Source: Octopus vulgaris (taxonomy: Eukaryota). From it: a stretch of DNA of 64,000 bases. The position numbers and the translations under genes were made by a program. Below, one piece after another: positions 13,101 to 27,192 of the stretch. Below the pieces are notes generated by a model. It ran no database searches. It worked only from the letters and a program-made list of their open reading frames with translations, and had not been told where the DNA came from. Positions within the stretch are counted from its first letter, which is position 1, and each line of letters opens with the position of its first letter. The stretch is from assembly GCA_951406725.2 (NCBI GenBank), contig OX597814.1, positions 38,626,001 through 38,690,000 of the forward strand. The letters are read 5' to 3'.

Positions 13101-15087
13101 GCAGTGTCCTAAATCTCCAGCGGCATACCGTTGTCTGCAAGCTGTTCATCTGACCAACGTAGCCACAATGGATAGAATATAATAGAATGGATTCCGCACT
13201 TACTGTTCTATGTTGTGATGTGTCTGGTCACATTGCTTCAGGTTACATATCAATATTTTATCAATATCGGATGGAAATAGACTGACTTTTCATGATTACA
13301 TATACCGTATTTGTAGCCGATTATTGCCGCTGGTAGAAAAATGATCTCAGTATCGGTAGGCAGATATATTTTAGACTCACATTGTGAACAGATTACTAGA
13401 ATTATGGTGCTCAATGTAAGTATCCGTGACCAATAATCTGAAATTCAATATGAAAGAGATCTGTTCACGGCAACAACACTATATATGAGTATTCTTGTTT
13501 GTAGATACTGCAGACTATACCTCTAATTGCAAACGGTTGCAATTCCACTTGCAAGGTTACCATTAGCAGTTCCAGATCACTAATGAGAAGATTGGAAATG
13601 GTATTCGATTTTTCTGTAAGAAGCAGATTCACACTAATGGTGAATTATGGGGATTTTCTTATCACTATTATTGAATATAATGTTGAGTTAAGTTGCGATA
13701 TATTTTGCGTCGTATTTGCAATTCATGTAATCTAACGTTGAGTATCTAAAAAAGTCTGATGCCTGTTTGGTAAATAGAAATTAAATCTTTGAATTTTCTA
13801 GTTTTACTTGACATGTCATCTAGATCGGACAAAAGATTAAAGCTGACTAGCTTTCCCTTTCTAACTCTTCCTATCATTGAGTGCAATTGAACCTCACGCC
13901 TGTTTCTGGATATAATGGAATGTGGCATTCAATATCTCTCTCAATCTTTCTCTTATTTTCTCTCTCCCACTATAATTCACTCTATCCGTATTTTATTCTC
14001 TATCCCTCTGTTTTTTCTATCTGTCTCTGTCTCTTCTGGTTTGTAGGAATACATCTTACCTCTGGTGAGTGGTAACAATTATTAAGTGGTCGATGTCTTT
14101 TATATGACCTTTGTTTGCAAATCCCTATTTCTGTAAAGTGTATAAATTACGGTTATGACCGAGTGACATCAATCATAAATAATTCAATAAGATCTGGTTT
14201 ATATACATATATATATACATCCGTGAGTGATTATGCATTTGTGTGTGTGATTATATTTAAATACAACGATATGTATTTATTGCTAAATTGCTTGATTGCT
14301 ACTGTGACCGTGAAACAAATAACATTAATAAAATTATAGGCGTTTAATTCACAGAGAATATTATCTATTTACCACTTACATATCGATTCCAAATGCCATG
14401 AATACTTTTGTGGGTCTTATACTGTTTTGGAAGTTGATATGGAGAGTGATAAGAGAAGATAATATGCATTGCTAAATAACAGAAATAACTCCTCAACGAT
14501 GGGTATGTTGTGTCCTATACAATGGTGTAGAATAATAATTGTACATTGTATTTTTCTAGAAATTACCATTAGGTTCCAGGACAGAAATATTAAATATTTC
14601 CACAGAATATCGAACAACTATATGTTCATAAAAAAAATATATTTTTCTCAGGTTAAGAATTGAGAGGAAATTATCCCAATAGATTAACAACACAAACAAA
14701 AGATGCAATTTTATTTGCTGTAATCATATTGGGAAATGAATCTAATTGCAGTTATTTGTAACTAAAGAATTTTAAATTATGGAAATTGGATATAGTTTCC
14801 TGCCTGTATGTTAAAGACAGGCTTATTATTATATATTCTAATGAAAACGGAAAGCAGGAAATTAGGAATAGAATAATAATTTTAAACTATAAAATCAAAT
14901 ACTGTGATAATTGACCCTCTTGTAATGCCTTGGAGAAAGAAAACATAATTAGAAAACGTAATAAATGTGTTTAATAATTATTTCTCCTTTATCAGTTACA
15001 AATAATTCCAGTAAATATCAGTCTCATACGTATGAAAAGGCATACACAACCAGACACAGACACAGATGCACATTACACAAACACAGG

Positions 15088-15845
<758 letters not shown>

Positions 15846-16849
15846 TGCGCTTGTGTGTGTACATATAAATACACAAACACAGACACTCACATACAGGTAA
15901 CATTTGGCAGTATGTTCTGAATTTCATCGTTTCCTGGAATGGTAACTACTGTGGAGACGAGAAAAACTTATTGTTTATATTGAATTCATTTGGAATTTGG
16001 TGTCTGCGTAGACTAGTTATACGCTAGATGAGGAAGTAGGATTCTAAAGGTATGTATTGTATTGTAAAGTAATTAGAACTAAACATCTTCAATAGCATTG
16101 AATCCCGTTTTATCATTGGAATTTAATTACGTGTGGTTGGAATTACGACCATAGTTCTTTGGAGGTTAGGCGTCTAGAATTGAATTTATACATTATGAAC
16201 AGCCGGCTATAGTGTACATAAATTTATGCTTCTTTTTCTAATTAGATAAACTAGGAAACCGATGGAATTGTTTTCATTCTCAATTGAAATACAACATTTC
16301 GAATATATTTTAATTCAGTAGAGTGGACAGCAGCTCCAGTCTGTATGACATTCACAGGATAATCCTTTATTCTTTTGTCATCTGATTTCCTTATACATGC
16401 ATATTTACCTTTAGGCCTAAAATAAACCTAGTGCAATGCTAAGCTAGTTAGAATAAGCTTAAAATTATTCTAAAATATAAAATAAATTCAAACTTAAAGA
16501 ATTAAAAAAGAATATGAACAATCCTTTGAACAAGTAGTCGAGCGAAATATCTATTGTGGTTATCCCGAACGCACCTAAATAATTTTCACAGGTGAAAAAG
16601 AATTTGGTTTTAGCTGCATCGCAACACAATTCATGTATAAATGATTTACATTACTTATACGTGTAAACATACACATGCAATCCTATTGAAAAAGCTCGTC
16701 GTACATTTATTTGTTTGTGTGTGTATCGTGTCTCAGTCTTTCGTCTTCCACCGCCGCTTGACAGCCTTGTGAGGTGTGTCTATGTAAAGTGTCTATGTGA
16801 AATGCCTACGTAAAGTTCCATTAAAATGTATTCATAACTTACCCTTTTA

Positions 16850-17500
16850 GGTATTTTGTCTGTGTCAATTTTCGTAACACACCAATCGAAATCACCCCGG
16901 GCAGTGGAGCACCAACAACTTTCTCAATCTCTTCACTTTCTTAAGTCTTCACACATGGTGCAGTACAATCTTCTCTAATATGGCCTTTCAAGCCACATTT
17001 ATAAAACCGTGGAATACTCCTTTCCACTGACATTCAGCACCACGTGTGCAATCCTAATTGTTTCCACCATACTTTCAATATCTTCTGGGTTAACCAGTAT
17101 CGCCATGTCCAGACTCTGCCCTTGCTAGTTTCTGTAGGGTGTCCTGGTGGACTGCAAGACCACCACCTTCATTTCCATGCTTAGCAGTATGGCTGCCACT
17201 AGCCAGGTTAGATTCATTTCTGGTGGTATGTCTTCTACCCTAAGCCTGGAAGCCCGTCTCCCAAGGTATACGAGTAGAAGCACCACTTCGGTTTATAATG
17301 GTATGGCTGAGTGCAGTCTGGTCGTTGCTACCTCCTGAAGCTGCGCTTCCCCTTGCGGGTGGGATATCTCTGGCCAGACTGGCCTTAATGTCTTTTCAAC
17401 TTGTGCTTCCGACATCACGTATATATGCCCAAACATTGTATTGTGTTTGAACGTAGTAGTGTGCATTAAGATCACGTTCACCGCGTATGGCTATCAAGTG
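16850..17500 (-). mobile_element. LINE ORF1 (gag-like) remnant with CCHC zinc knuckle, probably L1/Tx1
   Basis: Minus strand at about 17012-16962 reads PRFYKCGLKGHIREDC (CX2CX4HX4C with the first Cys changed TGT>TTT). Upstream reads YLGRRASRLRVEDIPPEMNLTWLVAAIL, like Tx1/L1 ORF1. Confidence 0.65.
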
Positions 17501-18253
17501 TCATCGGTGGTACTGCACTTTAGTCGCAGGATCTATGTAAGTAATTCGTCGGTGCAAGATTTGTATTTTGTAAATGATTGATGGGGAAGAGAGGTAGTAC
17601 TGTAAGCTTTATTATAAGCACGACGATTATTGCACTTCTCAATAATGGGTGGGAACGATATAATGGAACAGAATGCACCCCATTGTGCAAATGGAAATCA
17701 TCAGGTTACACAATACGTTACAGTATTTTAATATATGTATTTCGCTTCCCACTAAATACTGCCACACAGTAGCGAGTAGTGCAATTGTAAGTCGAAACGA
17801 TCGTTGTGGTAAATATAGTTTAGTGTACACTATCTTCGCTCTCAATTATTGCATATATAATAAGGATTTGTTTACGTTTGAAGATAGTCCTCAAATAAAT
17901 AATTTTGTAATTGAAGTCAGGGAAATATAATTCACTTTTCCCTGGTGATATCCGGCAGTGGATCGTTTATTACATCTGTAGAAGCGAAAATATTGATGGT
18001 TCAAACATACTGTCGGATGGAGACATATGTAGGATTTTTTCGGATATTTTTTGGTTGTTTAGTTTATCTGGTTCCTTTTATATTTATTCTTATAGGTATC
18101 TCTTTTAATTCTTTTGTTTGCATCACTTTTCTATTGTGATACAAATAAAAATAACCATGCATCATGTATTACATTTTTTCTTCTCTATTTTCTTTCATTA
18201 AATTTATAATTTATAATTTGTGTATATATATATATATATATATATGTATTTAT

Positions 18254-18485
18254 GGCGGCGAGCTGGCAGAAACGTTAAGCACGCCGGGCGAAATGCGTTG
18301 CCGTATTTCGTCTGCCGTTACGTTCCGAGTTCAAATTCCGCCGAGGTCGACTTTGCCTTTCATCCTTCCGGGGTCGATAAATTAAGTACCAGTTGCGCAC
18401 TGGGGTCAATGTAATCGACTTAATCCATTTGTCTGTCCTTGTTTGTCTCCTCTGTGTTTAGCCCCTTGTGGGTAGTAAAGAAATA
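18254..18485 (+). mobile_element. SINE family 1, near-intact monomer with target-site duplication
   Basis: A-box-like GGCGGCGAGCTGGCAGAAACGTTA, B box GAGTTCAAATTCC, core GTCGACTTTGCCTTTCATCCTTCCGGGGTCGATAAATTAAGTACCAG. ATATATATATGTATTTATG is duplicated at about 18236-18254 and 18483-18501. Confidence 0.93.
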
Positions 18486-18776
18486 TATATATGTATTTAT
18501 GTATGTATGTATGTATGTAGTTTTGGGGATTAATAAATATGTGGATGTTCTACTTCATATTATGCAAAAAATAACATAACGCGTAAAACTAAAGTTAAAC
18601 TCGTGGTAACAATATGCACATGAAGAAATTATACAAGATATAACCAGTTCAGCAGCAGGATATAAAATATACTTCCTTAATTATCTGCTGCTTAAAATAA
18701 ATTATCATCATGAAAGAAGTACACGTGTTTCAGTATTGGAACATTATAATATAAGTTATAAATTATAAATAATAAA

Positions 18777-21178
18777 TTACAAAAATAAATTAATTTAAAT
18801 ATATCAAATTATAAAGCCAAGTATAGAATGTCAAATATAAAGTATATAATGATACATTAGAATAAATATGTCTGTGGTTAAATGTGGAATATGCAAAAAA
18901 TAAAGATACATATCCTCTTTAATAGAATCAGGATTTCATTCAAAATTGCTATTAGAGGAAGTGAAAATAGCAGAGCACTATGGGAATTTATAGGTGATTA
19001 GTTCTATGGACGGTAATTACACAATGCATAGTTTAAATTAAATTATCTTCTATTATTATCTTCTATCCAAATATGTTGAGGGATATATTTAATTTGTGAC
19101 AATATAATGTTTCGTAATATTTATATTAATTTATTTATTTTCTTTTTTATATAATATATTCAACTACTGTAGAGATCAAGTGTGTGTGGTGATTATTGGA
19201 AGTAAAATTACTGTGATGTCTACATTTAACACCTCTTTCAAAGTATCTGTTTAGTACTTTTTCTCTAGAGTGCATTCATTTCATAAAATCCCTTATACAT
19301 AATAAGCACATTTTTATTCCCAATATTATAAGAGTGGACTCTGCCTATTATTCTCCCACTAAGTGTGTAATCTTTTTTTGTAGATTTCAATTCCCATATA
19401 TATTTACGTAAATTTGTGAACTTACTTAAATTAGGACTTTTGAATATCTGGCCGTGCTGGGAGAAACTCTCTTAAATTTCATTAGCCGTAGATCCTATAT
19501 AACCCTTATTTATATATTTTCTTATTTTTCTTAGAGCTTACTATATATTTATAAATTACATTATCATTATTACAGTTATTATAGAACTTATATTTTGTCT
19601 TATTACGACATGTACATTTATCAATTCGTGGATTAAGACTTCCACCAAGATCGGTTATATTATGGCAAGAGCTATTATAACATTTATTTAATTTCTCATT
19701 ATTTATAGAGGAAATGATATTACTAACATTCCTCGATGTTGAGTAGTCCATTGTTATGGTTTTATTAGAAAATATATTTGAATAAATGTTGTCCTTTTTA
19801 AAATACACTTTTACAATTTTTAGTGTCTCCTTAATGATATTAGTCATCACTTGAACCCCCTATGGAATAATTAAGCATATTGTATCCTTTTGATAGTTTT
19901 TTTTTCACATTATCATTATTGGACATTACCGGTATTGACGTGTTATTCTTAGGTGTATTTTATATCCGCTTGTATAATTTCCTATGTTTTTCATTATTGG
20001 TCATTCTCAAATATGACTATAATTATTGTAATCATTAATAATATTTGCATTGTATTTTCTGTATTTATATTCTTATTATTATTCATATTTTTGCTGTTAG
20101 AGTTATAAGGATTACCTGCTATATTATTAAGGTGTTCATAATAATAAAATTAGTTCATATTAGTTATATCCTGCTTCTTTTAATGACTTAATATATGGGG
20201 CATGTTTATTAAAACTGTCATAATGAGAGGATAGCATAGATATTATTTTACCTAAACATTTCGATTAAAGCTTCTTTAACTGATCTTAGATGGTTACTTA
20301 AAGAACTAATGTACGTTACATTTTCATTCAACTTATGGAATAGATATATCTTATGAGTGGCAAGATTAAGGTTGACATCTAAGTAATTTACTGCATTGTG
20401 TTCTTTCTATATAGAAACCCTAGGCCCTAATATTTAAAGTATCTCCCATCACTACCAATCTTTCTAAAATCCTAATTTAAGTAAGTCCAAATGTTCAAGT
20501 AAATATACCTGGGAATTGAAATCTAGAAAAAAGAGATTACACACTTTGTTGGAGTATAATATGTAGAGCCCACTCTTACGATATTGCGAATAAAATGTGT
20601 TTAGTGTTTATAACAGAATTTATGAAACTACCACAGGCTAGAAATGAATTCCTCAACACATACGATGAAAGAGGAGTGAAATGTAAACACCAGAGTAATT
20701 TTACGTTCAGCAGAAGAAAATACTGAACCCCCAAACTAGATTCTAATCACCACACACTCTTGATCTCTACAGCAGTTGAATATATTATGTAAATAATCAA
20801 ATAAATATATCATTTAAATAATAAGAAACATCATATTGTCACAAGGTAAATATATCCCTCAACATATTTGGATAAAAGATAATAAGAGAAGATAATTTAA
20901 TTTAAACTCTGCATAGTGTAATTACCGTCCTTGGAACTAATCACATATAATATCCCATGGTGCTCTGCTATTTTCACTTCCTCTAATCCCCATTTTGAAT
21001 GACATACTGATTATATCAAAAAGGATATGTTTCTTTATTTTTCACATTATATTCAACATTTGACCATAGACACATTTATTTTGATGTATCATTTTATATT
21101 CTATTCTTGACAGTGTATACATGATTTTAGAAATTTGATATATGTAAGATAATTTATATTAATTCTTAATTTTGTAAA
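18777..21178 (-). mobile_element. Penelope-like element (RT C-terminus plus GIY-YIG endonuclease) with an inverted partial copy
   Basis: Minus strand 20420-19200 gives AVNYLDVNLNLATHK...YISSLSNH (PLE RT thumb), CTCRNK...NVIYK and YIGSTANEI...KYIWELK...HSYNIGNKKC (GIY-YIG). 20461-21178 is a diverged reverse-complement copy of 18777-19445. Confidence 0.85.
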
Positions 21179-21296
21179 GGTTAATTTTTTAATGATTAAT
21201 TTAACGCTTAATTTTAAGGTGATTTAAAATTAGGTGAAGAATATTTTGAAAAAGTACCGGAAGATATGTTAGTAGAATTTTGAATCTCATATATTA

Positions 21297-21315
21297 CACA
21301 CACACACACACACAC

Positions 21316-21407
<92 letters not shown>
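21297..21407. repeat. (CA)n-(TA)n-(TG)n-(TATG)n compound microsatellite
   Basis: Directly visible. Confidence 0.95.
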
Positions 21408-21710
21408 AGTTCTAATATAAGATAATTTCATTTTAAATATTCATCATGTAGCCTGCATTTTAGAATAGCTTTAAAGTTGAAAATTTTAAACAATTATAAA
21501 TAAGGGTAAAAGAAAAAAAAATGCTATGCCAATATGCTGAGAAATATGTGTACACATAAGAACCCCAGTTACATCCTTCTGGGCTTTGGTTTGCAAGATT
21601 CTTTATGTGAGTTCGTCTGTTGAAAAACGTAAATGAAATGTGAAAATTTTACCGGTGAGTATGTTAAATTATAAAGCACTAATAGAAAATGATTCTCCCC
21701 AGACACAACC

Positions 21711-21794
<84 letters not shown>

Positions 21795-22303
21795 CTCTTT
21801 GTGCCTGTCTGTCTGACTGTGTCTGTTTCTTTGTATAAAACGCGTCTCGTGTGCTGTGGCATATCTGTCTGGTTCATTGCTCATATTTTATCCTATTTCA
21901 AAACCTGAATGCTGGTACATCTGAGAAAACGAGAAAAATTGATGAAGGCTGATACAAAAGTTGGTCGAGAAGAGAGGGGGAATAAAATGAACCAGAAAGG
22001 GGGCAACTGAAAGAATATCTTGAGTTGCGTCCACTTTGTCCTGAGAAAACATAAATCATATAGCTGGAATCGAATAATTGAATGGTGAGGTGGCCAAATC
22101 TGCGAGATTACCATTGAATCTGGAGAAGGTGGTGCGTCTATTTCGACAAATGAAATTTGAACATATCTTTGCATAAGTAGAAAATTCCGTTTGTGGAAAG
22201 AAGTAATGTTATAGAAATCTTGCATCTAAAAATATGAGCCACCTTTAAGTTACGTTTAACTTGCTTCATTTTACTTTGGCCTAAATGTCTCTACTATTTT
22301 CCA

Positions 22304-22515
22304 CTAGCAGAAACGTTAGCACGCCGGGCAAAATTCTTAGAAGTATTTCGTCCGTCTTTACGTTCTGAGTTCAAATTCCGCCGAGATCAACTTTGCCCTT
22401 CATCCTTTCGGGTTCGATGCAATAAGTAACAGTTGCGCACTGCGGTTGATGTAATCGACATATCCGCTCCCCGCAAATTCCAGGCCTTGTGCCTATAGTA
22501 GAAATGATTATTATA
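22304..22515 (+). mobile_element. SINE family 1, tail type B
   Basis: Head AGCAGAAACGTTAGCACGCCGGGC, B box and core present; tail CAGGCCTTGTGCCTATAGTAGAAATGATTATTA. Confidence 0.88.
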
Positions 22516-23179
22516 CTGACACTTGTGCCTTAACACAACACACTGCAACTTTTGACAACTATTGTACCTCGTACAAAATAAAAAAATTAAAATAAAAAAT
22601 ATCCCTAATATGAAACCAAGCAATTTCCATAGCTGGTATGTTTTCGAATTTTGTATTAGTATAGATATAGATATGATCATTCTCGCTTTTAGACTTCTTA
22701 TTTCAGGTTGCAATATCAAATAAATATTATATCTATTTCAAAATAGATATGGTCTGCAATTTAAAGAACGTATTGTACGATTTCTTGCAGTTTCTAATGT
22801 AATATAAAAGTTCCCTTAGAAGTTGTATATATCACACTATATCTCAAATGTTGCTCTGCTAAAATCTAAGCCGAACATATCACAAGTTGTGTTATTAGAT
22901 AATTGGTATTATATAGCGAGGACATAACTTCAAGCCAGTATGAAATATTTTTGCTATACGCCGAAACAAACCATTTATATGTTTTTCTAATATAGATCCG
23001 ATGCATGAGATAGAGAAGGATAGGGTGGTCATAGTCTATGGTATCTTACGGTGGGCACTACAAGGGAGAATGTCATGAATTAGAGAATATACGAAAAACC
23101 TGGGAAGTTCCCGAGATTGCATGGTATACATTTAAACATGTCTGGTGATGAATTTATTTCTGTCGTCGTACAGAGCTTC

Positions 23180-23595
23180 ATTATGACTATGATGACGATG
23201 ACGACGACGAAGACGACGATGACAACGACGACGAAGATGATGATTATGATGATGATCACGACGACGATGATGATGATGATGATGATGAAGATCAGGATGA
23301 TGATGATAACGACGACGATGATGATGATGAAGATCAGGATGATGATGTTGACGACGACCGTCAACACCACGACAACGCCAACGGCTACTTCGCCGATGGC
23401 TGATGGTGATGAAGTTCGTGATAATGATGATTCTAGTGGCGGTGGTGGCTATAATTGTGGTGATAACTTTAAAAACGATGATAAGAAAGTTATTGACAAA
23501 AGCAATGATGATGTTTATGATGATGACGATGAGAATGACGACGACGACGACGACGATGATGATGATGACGGTGATGATGATCATAATGATCATGT
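23180..23595. repeat. (GAT)n/(GAC)n degenerate trinucleotide tract
   Basis: Directly visible; GATGATGATGAAGATCAGGATGATGAT is duplicated internally. Confidence 0.9.
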
Positions 23596-24259
23596 TGAAA
23601 CTGTTAAAGCTGTTAGTGCTATAACTAACGTCAATGAAGCTGGTGGTGTAGATGATTATAGTGATGAAAAAGATATTGTTGGTGGTGGGAGTGAGGAACC
23701 TCATTCACATTATCATAATCGTTGTTATTGTTATTGCTCTTGTTGTCATCAATATCTGCATAATCATAAAGTCATTTATAAACAATTACTTTTTTTTAAC
23801 ATTCCTATCACAACTATCATAATTATTAGCAGTCTATCTTAAATCGCAGTAGCACTATAACCATTAATACTGTCACTTGGTGTTTAATTTGTTGCACAAA
23901 TAACATTTAGAATGTTAAATTTCGTCATCAGCATCTTTATCAATAAGGAACATCATTAGAGGACCTTAAATCACTCTCACCTGTATCTTCTCCTCCCCCA
24001 TCACCTAATTCATCATTACAAAATTCCTGGTCGTCATTCATTTAAAATATGTCCTTGATTTCAATGCAGAAATCAGCAGAATTGAAATTGTAACAATTAT
24101 CATTATTGCTGTGTACATCAATTGTGTATAAAAGAAATTACAAATATCCTCTATTCAATTATTACATATTATGTATTAGTTTATAAAGACGGCTGTTGCT
24201 ATTGTTTTGTTTTTTTTAAATCATCCTCGTCGTCTTCATTATCATCATCATTATTATTA

Positions 24260-24450
24260 AAATGCTTTGCGCTATTTCGTCCGTCTTCACGCTCTGAGTT
24301 CAAATTCCACCAAGGTCGACTTTGCTTCTCATTCTTTTCGGGATCGATAAAATACGTATCAATTGAGAACTAGGGTCAATATAATCGACTCTACCACTAC
24401 CACGAAACTACTGTCCTTGTGCCAAAACTTTGAAATCATTATTATAATTA
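24260..24450 (+). mobile_element. SINE family 1, 5'-truncated, tail type C
   Basis: CTGAGTTCAAATTCCACCAAGGTCGACTTTGC...GATCGATAAAAT; tail CCTTGTGCCAAAACTTTGAAATCATTATTA. Confidence 0.83.
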
Positions 24451-25099
24451 TTTCCATTTCACATAGCTCACGATTACACATGCTCTGGCTAATTCTGTAA
24501 CAGCGAGGAACCGCTAATTGTCAAGGGTCTCACAGTTTCTTATACAGTAATTAACATTCATCTTCTAATCTCAAAATCCTCGCTGTTCATAATACTTTGC
24601 TTCCTGATCCTATTCTCTCCCTTTAGGAATTCCGGTTTCACCATCGAATTTCTTAAACCTGGTTGTTACTACTACAACAATGCCAGTTTCGTTATTGCCC
24701 ACATTTGTGCAGTGACATTTTTAGTGGCTTCTATTTATCATATTATTATGTTCTCTAGCTGAGTTTGGGATGTAAGAACTCGTTTATCTAATTTATCTTG
24801 AATACAGTTTGATAAAATGCACTGTTATACCCTTGACTCAAGAGTGTGCATATCTCTGATGAATCATTGGTATATGGTCGATTTTGTTCACTAGCGATGT
24901 GGTTAAATGAATGCAATGTGGTTTAAGCCCTGATAATAAAATGTCTTCTGATTTAAATGAGTCACGATGAATATCATTAAGAAAATACAAAGGCAAGTTA
25001 AAGTCGACTGCACTGCAACTTTTATTTTCGACGCTAAAGTGAAACGCAAGTAAAACAGTACATAGCTTTAAAATGTTATTCAAAGTTGAAGATAATTGT

Positions 25100-26001
25100 T
25101 AGAAATAAACGCAAAACATAGCGTCAAAATTCTGGTTACAAATCTTTCATTGCTAAAGCTGCAAAGTGGTATAAACTGCTTTCGTGTCGAAGACCAAAAC
25201 TCGCTTGCAACAAACACACATCCCTAAGAAATTAGCTGTAAATAAGGGGCCATTAAATAGACGATGTTGGGATGTTTCGCTAATCTATCTTGCAAATGCC
25301 AAAATCGATATAAAAAAGCAAAGGTTCGCAATGTGGATAGCTAAATGTAATGAGTGAGCATGCGTCTGCTACAGTTCTGTTAGTGGTCCAATCTGATAAT
25401 GTGCGGCTGATTTTTGTTTAGTAATGATAGTTTTGGGTCCAGTTCGATGTACTTTATTTTCTTACTTTTTCTCAATCTAATCTGTCAAGAGAATTTGTTT
25501 CCTTAGCTGTTTTGTTAGTTTGGTTCTGTTGCAGATCTATGTCCCTCTATGTCATGGAATCATATTCTTGCAGACGTGTTTATATGGGATATGCCTTCGA
25601 CAGATCCTGATTAGCTCTTTGTACAGAATATTAATTCACTCATTAGCACTGGCTTTGCCGTCATACTGAGTAACGTGTTTTCAGGATTTTCAGTTTCGAT
25701 TTCCTTCCACTTGGAGTTTTTTAAATTCAGATTCGTAAAGAGTGAATCATAGCTGATGTTATTTGCATGTGTTGCATTCTTTGGACGATATACAGATAGA
25801 TGTAAAATGTTGTAGTCGGAAATGGCTGTTGGAGTGACTTGGACATTGTGAATGAAATCTCTGTTGGTGATAAAGATTAGGTCGAATATCTTATTTTCCC
25901 TTATTCAGGTGGGTATGCGAAAGTTTATAGTGCTGTGTTTCTTATGCTAGATAGATAGATAGATATATAGATAGACTGATGGATTGATAGATAGACTGAT
26001 G

Positions 26002-26057
<56 letters not shown>

Positions 26058-26250
26058 CTGCTCATTGCTCTTATGTCTCTGGGCACGTTGATGACGTCAG
26101 CATGACCAGTAGCAAATATACTGTCAGTTTTTGACTCTTTTTTAATTTTGATGTTGGGCGTTTTGCACCTGAAAATACAAATATTATTAAATTCTTCCCT
26201 TTCGTTCGGTATAAATCTCGATATCTTCACTATCTAGATATTTGACTTCT
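25100..26250 (-). mobile_element. Old CR1-type LINE fragment (end of the APE endonuclease and linker), interrupted by (GATA)n
   Basis: Minus strand near 25900-25800 reads DLIFITNRDFIHNVQVTPTAISDYNI, matching the LDL...SDH end of APE domains. (GATA)n lies at about 25950-26057. Confidence 0.55.
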
Positions 26251-26800
26251 TTAACATGCTGAAAAACGCCCCGCTTTCGCATATAAATAAGTGGGGGGGG
26301 GGGTTATGTGTGAGTGTACACGCGCGTACCCGTTTGTGTGTTTTTATCGCGTGTGAAATGGAAAAATGAATAGCACGCATTTATATTATTACTTACAATT
26401 GCTTCTCTACCATTGTACTTCTTAAAACTTAGCATGTAACCGATTCCAAATGAAAATATGTACAATATTTTCCATTGAGTATTCTGAAGAAGAACTTTCT
26501 CAGTAGAGCATCAACACGTGCACTCTGGTATTGTGCCAAAACAAATATATCAAAAATATAAAAATGTGCCAATTTCATTATTCATGTTATTATTTGCATT
26601 CTATGATATTGCTCGAAAAATTTACACACTGATTTTACCTGGAGTTGCCAAACTGAAGATATTTAGTTATCGCAAGGCTCCCATAAGAATGCTGATAGCT
26701 GTGTGTCTGTCTGAGTCTATCTGTATATTCATAAAGCATTTCTCAGCAGGAACTCAGCTATCAGCGCATTCTTATGGGAGCCTTGAGATAACTAAATGTC

Positions 26801-27155
26801 TTCACCTTTTCTTTCTCTCAACCTCTCACTTCTATTCTAGCCTTACTACTTACTCCTTTTCTCTCTCACACCCTCTTGTATCACTAGCCTTTCTCCTTCC
26901 CCTTCAGAGAATTTGCGACTGGTCACCTAAGGGACCAATGTAAGAAAGGAAAGTAGACAGAGGGAAACTGGTCACTTGTCCCCTGACAGCAGCAGGCAGG
27001 GGGCGAAGGCAGCAGGGAGAGGGAGCGACAGGGAAAAGAGAAAAGGGGATAAAGGGGAAGGAGAAAGGCGAGTGATACAAGAGGGTGTGAGAGAGAAAAG
27101 GAGTATGTAGTAAGGCTAGAATAGAAGTGAGAGGTTGAGAGAAAGAAAAGGTGAA
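26801..27155. repeat. 104-bp near-perfect inverted repeat with 147-bp spacer
   Basis: 26801-26904 equals the reverse complement of 27052-27155 with 2 mismatches, compared by eye. Confidence 0.93.
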
Positions 27156-27192
27156 AGAAGGAAAGTGAGATTCAGACGGGTATGTAATATAA

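Noticed and set aside
23117-23842. 241-aa Met/Thr/Asp-rich ORF resembling an acidic matrix protein
   Set aside because: Built from a (GAT)/(GAC) microsatellite, shifts between repeat frames, is also open on the opposite strand, and has no signal peptide.
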